A stretch of DNA of 53,843 bases from Verrucomicrobiota bacterium (GTDB taxonomy: Bacteria; Verrucomicrobiota; Verrucomicrobiia; Chthoniobacterales; UBA10450), in NCBI GenBank assembly GCA_046725275.1, contig JBKOYE010000096.1:1-53843 (forward strand), in the 5' to 3' direction. A program made the position numbers and the translations under genes. Shown in pieces: positions 1 through 9,320 of this stretch. Within the stretch, counting starts at the first letter, position 1; the number at the start of each line of letters is the position of its first letter. The notes beneath the pieces were generated by a model. That model was not told the origin of the DNA and made no database searches. It saw only the letters and a list, made by a program, of their open reading frames with translations.

Positions 1-1076
1 ATTTTGAACTTAATCAGCTCGGCGGCCTGATTCTTATCACCGCCAGGGATGCGTTTATACAGCGTCTCGAAGCGGTCCCGCGCTTTTGCGTATTCTTTCT
101 TCTTGAAGGGGATTTGCGCGAGGTTGTATTGCGCATCGCGAAGTTTCGGATCCAGCTTCGCGGCTTTTTTGAATGCGGCCTCGGCGTCATCGAATTGCCC
201 CTGCTGCATCAGAATTTCGCCGCGCAAATTAAGCGTCGCGGGCTGATTTGGATCTGCCTTGTCCGCCTCGTCGACCAGCTTGAGCGCGGTCGCAAAATCG
301 CGCTGCCGAAATGCCTGCTGTGATTGCTCGAACTTTGAACGCGCAAACGCCTTCGTCTTTTCCGTGCGCTCGGCCGTGGTCATGAGCGGTAGCGAAGCTC
401 GCCGTTGCCCGGCTGGTTTTTCCATCCAGCCAATTTCGTAAAGTGATTCGGCGAAAAGCTTGTTTAGCTGTGGTGGATAATTCTTTTCCGCGGCGCTGAT
501 CCAATCCTTCGCTTCCGCTTCGTTCTTCTGTTGGAGCGCGACCGCTGCCTTCACGTAATCAACAGCTGGCGTGTCGGGTGAAAGCTCGAGCTTGGCAAGA
601 ATGGAATCGACCATATTGCTTTTGCCCTCCATCAGGTACGTGAGCAAAATTTTGTATTGGATCAGCTGCGACGCTTCCTTCGCCAGATCGGACTGGCCGG
701 TCGAGAGCAGTTGCTCAAAGCGTTTTCTGGCCTCGGCCCAATCTTTTTTGAGAAACGGGATCTCAGCCAGGTTGAAGCGCGCATTCCAAAACTTTGGGTC
801 GATCTTCGCCGCTTCAGTCAACGCAGCTTCAGCCTGATCGTAATTGCCCTGCCGCATCAGGATGACGCCACGTAGATTCTTCGACGCCGCGAGATCGGGC
901 TGGCGCGCGTCGATGGCGTCGAGTTGCTTTAGCGCCTCCGGAAATTTGCCCGCGTCGAACGCCCGGTAGGCAGTGTTGTACATCTCCTCCAACTCCGCTT
1001 TGGTCGGGGCAACATTGTCCGCAGCAAATGAGGTAAGTCCCAGCGCTGCGATCGCAGCGATCTTCCAGATTCTCAT
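1..1076 (-). CDS. Secreted TPR-repeat protein. The C-terminal part lies beyond the window start. It is absent from the supplied ORF track because no stop is reached.
   Basis: Hand translation of the reverse strand from ATG at 1076..1074 gives MRIWKIAAIAALGLTSFAADNVAPTKAELEEMYNTAYRAFDAGKFPEALKQLD...NLRGVILMRQGNYDQAEAALTEAAKIDPKFWNARFNLAEIPFLKKDW...NLRGEILMQQGQFDDAEAAFKKAAKLDPKLRDAQYNLAQIPFKKKEY... I checked every codon of this frame down to base 1 and found no stop. The N-terminus looks like a signal peptide and is followed by repeated 34-residue TPR-type patterns. The + strand ORFs listed here are shadow frames. Confidence 0.75.
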   Translation of the reverse strand, partial: MRIWKIAAIAALGLTSFAADNVAPTKAELEEMYNTAYRAFDAGKFPEALKQLDAIDARQPDLAASKNLRGVILMRQGNYDQAEAALTEAAKIDPKFWNARFNLAEIPFLKKDWAEARKRFEQLLSTGQSDLAKEASQLIQYKILLTYLMEGKSNMVDSILAKLELSPDTPAVDYVKAAVALQQKNEAEAKDWISAAEKNYPPQLNKLFAESLYEIGWMEKPAGQRRASLPLMTTAERTEKTKAFARSKFEQSQQAFRQRDFATALKLVDEADKADPNQPATLNLRGEILMQQGQFDDAEAAFKKAAKLDPKLRDAQYNLAQIPFKKKEYAKARDRFETLYKRIPGGDKNQAAELIKFK

Positions 1077-1178
1077 GAACCCCCGATTCAAGCCTCGATT
1101 AGCATCTCTGACAAGTCGAAATTGCGTTCGGCGCGAAGATTTTCAGCCCGCTTCGGAAAATGTTACCAATGATCGAAA

Positions 1179-1925
1179 TCAATTCAAGTTCCCGACGATC
1201 CGCAAACCTTCGAGCGTAAGGTGCGGATGAATCACGCTGACCTCCGGTAATCCCTCGGCGATCAACGGCGCATAGCCCCCCGTCGCGACGACAACAACTT
1301 TCTTGCGGGGAAACTGCTCCGCCCTAACTCGCGCGAGAATCTCGCGAACTAGTCCGCGGTAGCCGAACACCGCGCCGGACCGCATTGCCTCAATTGTCGA
1401 TTTGCCGACCGCTCGCTTTGGCTCTTTCAGTGAAAGCCTGGGCAGCAGCGCAGTGCGTTGATAAAGAAAATTCGTCATCGCTTCGAGTCCCGGCGCGATC
1501 ACGCCGCCGACGTAGCTGCGGCGCTCGGAAACGACGTCGAAAGTCACTGCTGTGCCGAAGTCCACAACGATGGCCGGACACCCGTAAAGGTCGGCAACAG
1601 CCGCGGCGTTCGCCAGGCGGTCCGCGCCAATCGATTGCGGTTTGGGATAATCAATCGCCACGCCCAGCTTCAGTTTCCAATCTAACCAGAGCATCTTCAC
1701 TTTGTTGTGCGCGGCCTTCGAAATCGCGGGGTTTTTTGCCGGCACAACAGACGAGACGACGACCCTTGTCACCTGTCTTTTCTGAAGAAATTCCGCGACA
1801 ACATTGGTTGAAAGCTCGCCCGTGACGATCCGTACAGGAGTGGAGACTCGCCTTTTCGATGAGAACGCAAACTTCGCGTACGAATTACTGATATCGATCA
1901 ACAAATAATCGGAGCCATTCGCCAC
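1179..1925 (-). CDS. coaX: Type III pantothenate kinase
   Basis: 248-aa ORF with YLLIDISNS near the N-terminus, DFGTAVTFDVV and VATGGYA. This is the typical ASKHA-fold PanK-III motif order and length. Confidence 0.9.
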   Translation of the reverse strand: MANGSDYLLIDISNSYAKFAFSSKRRVSTPVRIVTGELSTNVVAEFLQKRQVTRVVVSSVVPAKNPAISKAAHNKVKMLWLDWKLKLGVAIDYPKPQSIGADRLANAAAVADLYGCPAIVVDFGTAVTFDVVSERRSYVGGVIAPGLEAMTNFLYQRTALLPRLSLKEPKRAVGKSTIEAMRSGAVFGYRGLVREILARVRAEQFPRKKVVVVATGGYAPLIAEGLPEVSVIHPHLTLEGLRIVGNLN

Positions 1926-2046
1926 GGCTAAGATGCAGACACTGAAGGCTGCGCTCCGTCAAGCATATGTCCCGTCAGTTCCTTGCTCCCAGGGTCGCAA
2001 ATTCCTCCTGCTTGCGACTAGTTTCGCAACGGGTACCCTCCACGAC

Positions 2047-3033
2047 ATGCGAAGATTGGTGCATCGACCGCGTCGCCTGCGGCGTTCCCCTGCTCTGCGA
2101 AATCTCGTCCGCGAAACGCATTTGACCATCCACGATTTTGTTTTGCCGCTGTTCGTCAGCGAAAAATTGGATCAACGCCGACCCGTCGGCAGCATGCCGG
2201 GAGTCTTTCAGTTGCCCGTGAAAGACGTTGTCGATGAAGCTCGCCGCGTTCAGGACCTCGGGCTGCAAGCTATCCTGCTTTTCGGGATTCCTGAGCATAA
2301 AGATGAGCAAGCCAGCGGTGCTTACGCAGAAAACGGAGTCATTCAAGAGGCGCTGCGAGCGATCAAGTCAAAATGCCCCGAGTTGGTCGCAATCACTGAC
2401 GTCTGCCTCTGCGAATACATGAGCCATGGCCATTGTGGTGTTACGCGCATCGATGGCAACCATTTCGATGTCTTGAATGACGAGAGCGTAGAACTTTTGG
2501 TAAAGACGGCGCTATCCCACGCTGCGGCAGGCGCGGATGTTGTTGCGCCGAGCGACATGATGGATGGCCGCATCGGCGCGATTCGCGAAGCGCTCGATGC
2601 GAGTGGATTCGATCAGACCGGCATCATGAGCTATGCCGCGAAGTTTGCGTCGGTCTTTTACGGGCCATTTCGCGAGGCAGCCGAAAGCCCGCCTCAGTTT
2701 GGCGATCGCCGTTCGTACCAGATGGATTCTGCGAACGCAAACGAAGCGCTACGCGAAGTGGCCCTCGATATCGAGGAAGGCGCGGACATCGTGATGGTGA
2801 AGCCTGCGCTCCCTTATCTAGACATCCTGTGGCGCGTTCGTGAGCGCTTTGGAAAACCGACCGCCGTTTATCATGTCAGCGGCGAGTACGCCATGGTTAA
2901 AGCGGCTGCCGACAAAGGACTGTTGGATGAGCGCGCTGCCGTTCTGGAGATCATGACAGCGCTCAAACGCGCAGGTGCCGACATCATCGTGACGTACTGG
3001 GCGCGCGAACTGGCCAAATGGCTGCGCGCGTGA
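2047..3033 (+). CDS. hemB: Porphobilinogen synthase (delta-aminolevulinate dehydratase), Zn-type
   Basis: The ORF is open from 1933, but homology-like sequence starts at ATG 2047 (MRRLVHRPRRLRRSPALRNLVRETHL). Contains the cysteine-rich zinc site DVCLCEYMSHGHCG and a C-terminal VKPALPYLDI...YHVSGEYAM pattern. Confidence 0.9.
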   Translation: MRRLVHRPRRLRRSPALRNLVRETHLTIHDFVLPLFVSEKLDQRRPVGSMPGVFQLPVKDVVDEARRVQDLGLQAILLFGIPEHKDEQASGAYAENGVIQEALRAIKSKCPELVAITDVCLCEYMSHGHCGVTRIDGNHFDVLNDESVELLVKTALSHAAAGADVVAPSDMMDGRIGAIREALDASGFDQTGIMSYAAKFASVFYGPFREAAESPPQFGDRRSYQMDSANANEALREVALDIEEGADIVMVKPALPYLDILWRVRERFGKPTAVYHVSGEYAMVKAAADKGLLDERAAVLEIMTALKRAGADIIVTYWARELAKWLRA

Positions 3034-3743
3034 CAAGCCGTCGCGGTGAAACGGCACAACACGCACGGCTGAAGCAGCTCGCATTTGTTTGGGCGCAGGC
3101 GCATGGGTTTTCGGCATGCGCGATCGAAGTGAGTTTGCCAAAGTGCCGGTATCGCGCCGACGTGGCCGGGTATCGGCCACACCAGAAGCAAATTGGATCG
3201 ACAGCGGTGTTCGAATGCAAACAGACGCTCTGCGATTTGCGACGAGACAATTGCCACAGTGAGTCTGCGCGCCGGCGGCTCGAAGCGATCTGCGAACGGC
3301 GCCAACTCCTCGAAGCGCGCCTGCGCACGCACTACCCAAACCTGCAGAATGGTGATTCGCTTTTCCCGGAGTTTGATTTCGAGAACTTCAGCGCGATCGG
3401 ACACCGCGGCTACGCGCGCCTGGTTCGTGAGTTGCGGACGCTGCAAAATCGGCTCTACGATTGCATAAAGTTCGAAAAGCTGATTCGCTACCGCTGCGCA
3501 AATTTGTTTTTCGTTGTGCTGCCCGAGCAGTTATTCCGCGAATCGGAAGTGCCCGTCGGCTGGGGCGCTCTGGTGGAATCAAGCGGCGCACTCACACTCG
3601 TGCGCGACTCAGGCTGGCACGACGCCACAGCGGACAATCGCATTCGCCTGTTGCACCGAATCGCAATGGCGGGGACGCGCGTCCTAAATCGACAGCTGCA
3701 AATCGCACGCGACGAAATCGCGCCCAACCGACCTGCTCCGTAA
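3018..3743 (+). CDS. PD-(D/E)XK nuclease-fold protein, MmcB-like
   Basis: 241-aa ORF overlapping the hemB stop by 16 nt. The N-terminal third has E(VSLP)...RADVAGY...AVFECKQ, which fits the D...(D/E)xK restriction-endonuclease-like signature. The family assignment is from memory of MmcB-type proteins, not a search. Confidence 0.55.
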   Translation: MAARVTSRRGETAQHARLKQLAFVWAQAHGFSACAIEVSLPKCRYRADVAGYRPHQKQIGSTAVFECKQTLCDLRRDNCHSESARRRLEAICERRQLLEARLRTHYPNLQNGDSLFPEFDFENFSAIGHRGYARLVRELRTLQNRLYDCIKFEKLIRYRCANLFFVVLPEQLFRESEVPVGWGALVESSGALTLVRDSGWHDATADNRIRLLHRIAMAGTRVLNRQLQIARDEIAPNRPAP

Positions 3744-3771
3744 TGAGTGAGGCCACTCGCTACAAATGTTG

Positions 3772-4974
3772 TTATTTGCTATGCAGCCGGCTTCCAATGT
3801 AGTCAAAAATCTTCTCGGGCATTTTCATTTGCTCCCACGCTCCGAACCCGGCTGTTATAGCGAGGGGCCACAAGATGAACAAGCTGACAGTGCCGACAGC
3901 GGCTTTATCAACCCATTTTCCTGAACCGATCTGCACAGTAAGCGTGTCACCTGATTGGTAGAAAACGATATTCAACGACGTAGCCATTCCGACAAAGTCA
4001 CGCCATCCGCCACGCTTCTTTATCTGAAGAAGCTCCCCCCCATTTTCGGTTTTCATCTGTTGCGAATCGAAACCCTGAGAATCCAACCATCCCTTGACGT
4101 CGCCAATAACAGTCGAAGTCTGTTTCGGCGGGCAGATGAATTTGCGGGATTTTTTTCCTGAGCCCTCAGGAATCTCGCGGGCTTGTTCTCCGAGCATGGT
4201 GCCACAATTTGGACAGAATTTCTGTCCTTTCGCAGCTTGCCTGCCGCACTTCGGGCAAGATATGTGTTCGGTCGTCTGAGAAATGTTGATCGGCGGAGGA
4301 CCCGGCTGCTGCACGTTGATGTTTTGTTCAAGACTGCTTAATACGACATCAATCTGTGAGGCAATTTTAGCTAACAGATCATCGCGTCGTTTCAATTCCA
4401 CCAAGAGTTCACGTATCTCGACAGGTGATCGACCAGCCCGAATCTCTTCCTGAATTTCAAATAACAACGTAATCTGATTTTGAGAACTCATCGGTTCACG
4501 TGAATCAATTCGTTCTTTCAACGTGCTGAGATATGAAACCGGAACGGGCGGCGGAGCCGGAAGCGGATCAGGCAATGGCGGCGGACCAGATGCCGAATAG
4601 ATCGATTTAATCAGCGAAAGCACCGACTCACTGTCGCCGCGACGGCAATCTGTAATCTGAATCTGATTAAGCGGTGCAGGCAAAAGATTGATATTAATGC
4701 CGTCCGAAATCACGACGGGAAGGATCGTCTTGCCGAGTTTACTGACATATTGCAATTCACTCTTGCACGCTTCGGATTGCCAGGACTCAGGCGAAAGAGC
4801 GAGAATAAACACATCGCAATTCGCGATATTCTCGAGAATGTTATCCCACCAGCGCTGCCCGCCTGTGAGAGTTTGATCATACCAGATATCAATTCCGGCT
4901 GCCCGCAGATCGTGAATCAGCTTTGTGACTACCTCTGCGTTATGCCGACTATAACTAAGAAACACTTTTTTCAT
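3772..4974 (-). CDS. TIR-domain protein with coiled-coil, zinc ribbon and a C-terminal membrane helix
   Basis: The ORF is open to 5049, but ATG at 4974 gives MKKVFLSYSRHNAEVV..., the canonical TIR_2 start. Also present: GIDIWYDQ, DVFILALSPESWQSEACKSELQY, ILPVVI. After a proline hinge there is CPKCGRQAAKGQKFCPNCG (4204..4257). The hydrophobic helix VGTVSLFILWPLAITAGFGAW lies at 3835..3900. Confidence 0.8.
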   Translation of the reverse strand: MKKVFLSYSRHNAEVVTKLIHDLRAAGIDIWYDQTLTGGQRWWDNILENIANCDVFILALSPESWQSEACKSELQYVSKLGKTILPVVISDGININLLPAPLNQIQITDCRRGDSESVLSLIKSIYSASGPPPLPDPLPAPPPVPVSYLSTLKERIDSREPMSSQNQITLLFEIQEEIRAGRSPVEIRELLVELKRRDDLLAKIASQIDVVLSSLEQNINVQQPGPPPINISQTTEHISCPKCGRQAAKGQKFCPNCGTMLGEQAREIPEGSGKKSRKFICPPKQTSTVIGDVKGWLDSQGFDSQQMKTENGGELLQIKKRGGWRDFVGMATSLNIVFYQSGDTLTVQIGSGKWVDKAAVGTVSLFILWPLAITAGFGAWEQMKMPEKIFDYIGSRLHSK

Positions 4975-5094
4975 GCGTTTCGAGGTTTCTAAAGGCTTAT
5001 TCGTGATACACCCAGTGATCGCCAAATGTAAATTCTTTTCGCTCGGCAATAAAGCGGCGTGCGCCGATACGGCTATCGCCGGTTAATCGACAGG

Positions 5095-5356
5095 TACGAG
5101 CGGCTCGAAACAATCTGCCAACGCCGCCAACTTCTCGAAGCGCACGTGTGCACGCGCTATCCAAGCCTGCGAAATGGTCATTCACTTTTCCCTGAGTTTG
5201 ATCCACAGTCTTCTTATGCTGCCGCAAGGTTTATTTTGCGACTCGAAATCTCTCCCCGTCGGGGGAGTGCTGATCGACTCAGACAATGGTCCCGTGCTCG
5301 CGCGGAGGTCACTTTGGGACGAGACAACGCCACAGAGGCGCCTCGGTCGTTACCAG
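5095..5356 (+). pseudogene. Decayed 3' half of a second copy of the MmcB-like gene (internal deletion plus frameshift)
   Basis: Part A is 5095..5208: YERLETICQRRQLLEAHVCTRYPSLRNGHSLFPEFDPQ against intact RRRLEAICERRQLLEARLRTHYPNLQNGDSLFPEFDFE (25/38 identical by hand; DNA roughly 80% identical to 3273..3380). Part B is 5216..5356 in a different frame: MLPQGLFCDSKSLPVGGVLIDSDNGPVLARRSLWDE against intact VLPEQLFRESEVPVGWGALVESSGALTLVRDSGWHD. About 45 codons between the two parts are missing, and no N-terminal nuclease motifs are present. Confidence 0.65.
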
Positions 5357-7643
5357 TAGTGCGGAAAAAGCAGCGATCGCCTCAATAGTGGCCAGGGTGC
5401 AGGATGTGGAATATAAAATCGATCTGAAGCCAAGAAATGGTCACGGGCGCTCACGCGCGCGGATCGCGATTCCATCGCAGAAGCGTGCGGTAGCATTCAC
5501 GTGCGCACTGCTCGCTCTCGTGACGTTCGCCGTCTACTGGCGTGTCAAACATAACGATTTCATCAACTACGACGATAACCTTTACATCACCGAGAATGCC
5601 TCGGTTGTGGGCGGCCTGACCTGGACCGACGTAAAGTGGGCATTCACAACCGGGCACACTGGCTATCCGCATCCGCTCACCTGGCTCACGCATCAACTCG
5701 ACTATCAACTTTACGGAAATTGGGCCGGCGGCCATCACCTGACAAGTGCCGCGATTCACGTCGCCAACGCACTGCTGCTGTTGCTGTTCCTGTGGCGAAC
5801 GACCCGGCGCGTCTGGCCAAGCGCATTTGTCGCGGCCGTGTTCGCCCTTCACCCACTGCACGTCGAGTCAGTCGCCTGGATCGCGGAACGCAAAGATGTT
5901 CTTTGTGGCCTGTTCTTTTTTCTAACCCTGCATGCGTATGCGTCGTATGCAAAGGAGAGATCGCCGCGCTATTACGTCCTAGCGCTGCTCTTTTTTGTGG
6001 CAGGGCTGTTCTCGAAGCCGATGATCGTAACACTGCCGTTCGTCCTGTTCTTGATCGACATTTGGCCGCTCGGTCGCCTGGAATGTGAAACAAGCAAGGG
6101 TAACGGCACACGTTCCTCGACTGTCCTCCGGTTAATTGGGGAAAAGCTCCCATTTCTCCTGCTCACGATCGTCTGGAGCGTTATTACGCTGATCGTCGCG
6201 AAGCAAGCAGGTGCCCTTGCCAGGATAGAAAACGTTGGCGCCGGCACGCGCATTGCCAACGCGGTGGTAAGCTATGCAATTTACATTTGGAAAACCTTCT
6301 GGCCACAAAACCTGGCCCTCTTTTATCCGTATTCGCGCCACCTGCCTTGGCTGACAGTGCTCGGTTCAGCTGCGCTGCTCGTGGTAATTTCGGGCATCTG
6401 CATTAAGCGGCGGGGTTCGTCCTCCTTCCTGCTCGTCGGCTGGTTCTGGTTCTTGGGAATGCTCGTACCGGTGATTGGAGTGCTTCAGGCTGGAGCGCAG
6501 GCACGCGCGGATCGGTTCACGTACCTGCCACAAATCGGGTTAATCCTCGCTCTGACGTGGGCGGTTTCCGATCTCTCGAAGTCATGGCCGCGTCAGCACG
6601 CGCTGCTCGCCGGCACCGCTGCGATCGCCTTAAGTCTTTTGGCGTGGCGAGCGTGGGACCGGACCGCGGTGTGGCACGATAGCGAATCTGTTTGGAGAGA
6701 CACGCTGGCTGCGACAACGGCTAACTACACCGCCCATGTTCAATTATGCGATGCATTGCTCCGAAAGGGGCGTCTCGACGAGGCAATTGCACAGGCTGAA
6801 ACGGCAGTACGGATTCAGCCAAATGGCGCCGAGGGCCATAGTAACCTCGCCATCGCTCTTTTGAAAAAGGGCGATACGGAAACCGCGCTCCTCCATCTGC
6901 AGCGGGCTTTGGAGATAAAGCCGAACCGACCCAAGCTGCATTACAATATGGCCACGGTTTTAGCGGAGAAGGGGCGAATAGACGAGGCGATTATGCATTA
7001 CGAACAGGAACTGGAAATCCAGCCGCAGTTCGCTGAAGCCCACAACAATCTCGGCACGGCACTGTTGCACAAAGGGCGGCTTGACGATGCGCTCGTTCAT
7101 TTCGAGAAAGCGCTCGCCGCCAGTCCAGGGTCAGCCAAGGTTCATTACAATATCGCGGTGGTTTTGGTGCAAAAAGGCCAGCCGCTCGCTGCGGTCGATC
7201 ATTTACAGAAAGCGCTCCAGCTGAACCCCAGCAACGCAGACGCACGTGTCGAGATCGGTGTCGCGTGGTCGCAGGCAGGGCGCATGGACTTGGCAATCAG
7301 TGAATGGGAAAAGACTCTGGAATCGGAGCCGGACAACCTCAACGCGGCCTACGATCTGGCCTGGGTATCTGCTACGTTCCCCGACGACGCGATTCGCGAT
7401 GGCAGCAAAGCGGTGCGATTGGCCGAGCACGCGCTGCAGGTTTCCGGCGAGAAAGACCCCCGAATCTACCGGCTGCTGGCTGCTGCGTATGCGGAGAATC
7501 GTCAATTCGACAAGGCAATTGAAACGGCGCAGCGCGGCTCAGAATTGGCCATGAAACAGGGAAACTACGCGGCCGCAAACGCGCTGGAATCCAATATCGA
7601 TCTTTACCGAAGAAACATTCCACTGCGCGACACGAGCGAGTAA
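5286..7643 (+). CDS. GT-C fold glycosyltransferase (TMTC/DUF1736-like) fused to C-terminal TPR repeats, paralogue A1
   Basis: Motifs: NDFINYDDNLYITEN, multiple TM helices, ALHPLHVESVAWIAERKDVL (DUF1736-type), then at least 7 TPR units and a conserved tail DLAWVSATFPDDAIRDG...LAAAYAE...LYRRNIPLRD. The first 24 or so codons of the ORF overlap the pseudogene remnant, so the true start may be one of the in-frame GTGs at 5388, 5397 or 5406. Confidence 0.8.
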   Translation: MVPCSRGGHFGTRQRHRGASVVTSSAEKAAIASIVARVQDVEYKIDLKPRNGHGRSRARIAIPSQKRAVAFTCALLALVTFAVYWRVKHNDFINYDDNLYITENASVVGGLTWTDVKWAFTTGHTGYPHPLTWLTHQLDYQLYGNWAGGHHLTSAAIHVANALLLLLFLWRTTRRVWPSAFVAAVFALHPLHVESVAWIAERKDVLCGLFFFLTLHAYASYAKERSPRYYVLALLFFVAGLFSKPMIVTLPFVLFLIDIWPLGRLECETSKGNGTRSSTVLRLIGEKLPFLLLTIVWSVITLIVAKQAGALARIENVGAGTRIANAVVSYAIYIWKTFWPQNLALFYPYSRHLPWLTVLGSAALLVVISGICIKRRGSSSFLLVGWFWFLGMLVPVIGVLQAGAQARADRFTYLPQIGLILALTWAVSDLSKSWPRQHALLAGTAAIALSLLAWRAWDRTAVWHDSESVWRDTLAATTANYTAHVQLCDALLRKGRLDEAIAQAETAVRIQPNGAEGHSNLAIALLKKGDTETALLHLQRALEIKPNRPKLHYNMATVLAEKGRIDEAIMHYEQELEIQPQFAEAHNNLGTALLHKGRLDDALVHFEKALAASPGSAKVHYNIAVVLVQKGQPLAAVDHLQKALQLNPSNADARVEIGVAWSQAGRMDLAISEWEKTLESEPDNLNAAYDLAWVSATFPDDAIRDGSKAVRLAEHALQVSGEKDPRIYRLLAAAYAENRQFDKAIETAQRGSELAMKQGNYAAANALESNIDLYRRNIPLRDTSE

Positions 7644-7671
7644 GCTTGATCTTTACCGACGAGTAGCACAA

Positions 7672-9213
7672 CTAGCGGCTGACAACCGGCACAAGTAAAT
7701 TGTGCCCCGTCATCTCCTTTGGCTGGGGCAAGCCGAGCAGAAATAAAAGAGTTGGCGCGACGTCGGCCAGGATGCCGTTTTCGCAGCGGAACTTCGCCGC
7801 GTCTCCGCCGACATAAATGAAGTGCACAAGATAGCTTGTGTGCGCGGTGTTCGGCGAGCCGTCAGGATTGCGCATTCGCTCGCAGTTGCCGTGGTCCGCG
7901 GTGATCAACGCTTTGCCGCCAAGCTCGAGGAGCTTTGGAATGATGCGGGCGCAGCAGGCGTCCACTGTCTCCACCGCTTTGATGCCGGCCTCAACCACGC
8001 CGGTATGCCCCACCATGTCGGGATTTGCAAAATTCAAAATGATCAAGTCGTAATCCGCCATGCCAGAGAGCAGTTCGTCGGTGACTTCGAACGCGCTCAT
8101 CTCCGGTTTTAAATCGTACGTCGCGACCTTTGGCGACGGAATGAGTTTGCGATCTTCGCCGGGAAAGGGTTTCTCAATCCCGCCATTAAAAAAGTAAGTC
8201 ACATGCGCGTACTTCTCGGTCTCGGCGATGCGCAATTGCCGTTTGCCGGCAGCGCTGACGATCTCGCCTAAAATGTGTTTGAGTTCCTGCGGCGCAAAAA
8301 TGAACGGCGACGAATAGCGCACATCATATTGCGTAAGTGACACGAAATGGACTTGCGGCCACACTTCGCGATCGAACCCGTCGAAGTCCTTCAGCAAAAA
8401 CGCCTGCGAAAGCTGGCGCGCGCGGTCGGCACGGAAATTAAAAAATAAAACCGTGTCGCCATCGCGGATACGTTGCTCGTTAGGCATGGCGAGAATCAGC
8501 GGAGGCATGAATTCGTCCGTTTTGCCAAGAGAGTATTGTCGCTCCACAGCCGCGCAGGGTGATGAGTCGCAGAATTCACCACGACCCAGAACGATGGCGT
8601 CCCAAGCTTTTTTTGTGCGGTCCCAGCGCCGGTCGCGATCCATCGCGAAATAGCGCCCGACGACGGTGATGATTTTCGCGCCGCTGTGCTCAAGTTCCTT
8701 TTCGCACGTTCTCAAAAAATCCGCGCCGCCAGTGGGCGACGTGTCCCGCCCATCGGTGAAAGCGTGAATGAAAATTTCTGTGACCCCTGCCGCATGCGCG
8801 GCGTTCGCGAGCGCGATCATGTGCGAGTAATGGCTGTGCACACCGCCATCGGACAGCAGTCCCATAAGGTGCAGCCGATGTCCCCGAGCAGCGGCGAAGG
8901 TGTCCTGCAAAACACGGTTGCGTTGCAGTTCGCCGTCGGCGATCGCTTTGTTGATCCGTGTCAGGTCCTGATAAACGATCCTGCCGGCTCCGAGATTAAG
9001 GTGGCCAACCTCGGAATTGCCCATTTGTCCTTCGGGCAAGCCAACATCCATGCCGCTGGCGCTTAATCGCGACCAGCGATAATCGCCATAGAGCTTGTCG
9101 TGAAAGGGCGTGGATGCGAGCAGCGTTGCATCCCCATTTTCTTCGCGCTTGTCGCGGCCGCCGGGATTGATGCCCCATCCATCGCGAATAATGAGCATCA
9201 CGGGACCGGCCAT
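7672..9213 (-). CDS. gpmI: 2,3-bisphosphoglycerate-independent phosphoglycerate mutase
   Basis: The ORF is open to 9297, but ATG 9213 gives MAGPVMLIIRDGWG... Other motifs: GQMGNSEVGHLNLGAGR and ITADHGN. Ends with a TAG stop at 7672..7674. Confidence 0.9.
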   Translation of the reverse strand: MAGPVMLIIRDGWGINPGGRDKREENGDATLLASTPFHDKLYGDYRWSRLSASGMDVGLPEGQMGNSEVGHLNLGAGRIVYQDLTRINKAIADGELQRNRVLQDTFAAARGHRLHLMGLLSDGGVHSHYSHMIALANAAHAAGVTEIFIHAFTDGRDTSPTGGADFLRTCEKELEHSGAKIITVVGRYFAMDRDRRWDRTKKAWDAIVLGRGEFCDSSPCAAVERQYSLGKTDEFMPPLILAMPNEQRIRDGDTVLFFNFRADRARQLSQAFLLKDFDGFDREVWPQVHFVSLTQYDVRYSSPFIFAPQELKHILGEIVSAAGKRQLRIAETEKYAHVTYFFNGGIEKPFPGEDRKLIPSPKVATYDLKPEMSAFEVTDELLSGMADYDLIILNFANPDMVGHTGVVEAGIKAVETVDACCARIIPKLLELGGKALITADHGNCERMRNPDGSPNTAHTSYLVHFIYVGGDAAKFRCENGILADVAPTLLFLLGLPQPKEMTGHNLLVPVVSR

Positions 9214-9320
9214 ACGTCGCGCACTTTGCCGATGAAGACAGGGATCGACAAGCAGTTCTTTGTTTTCAGGGAGTTTTAGAACATTTGCAGCCGTCAAAGA
9301 CCGCCGCTACAAAGGGGAAA

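Noticed and set aside
1108-1115. A third copy of the CTGACAAG octamer, upstream of the first TPR gene, as evidence for a shared promoter motif with the receptor-gene leader.
   Set aside because: An 8-mer is expected to occur about once or twice by chance in 2 x 54 kb, and the flanking A/T tracts are not shared.
5059-5388. ORFs 5059..5388 and 5174..5359 as genuine small genes.
   Set aside because: Both are fragments, in different frames, of the same decayed copy of the 3018..3743 gene. Neither contains the N-terminal nuclease motifs.
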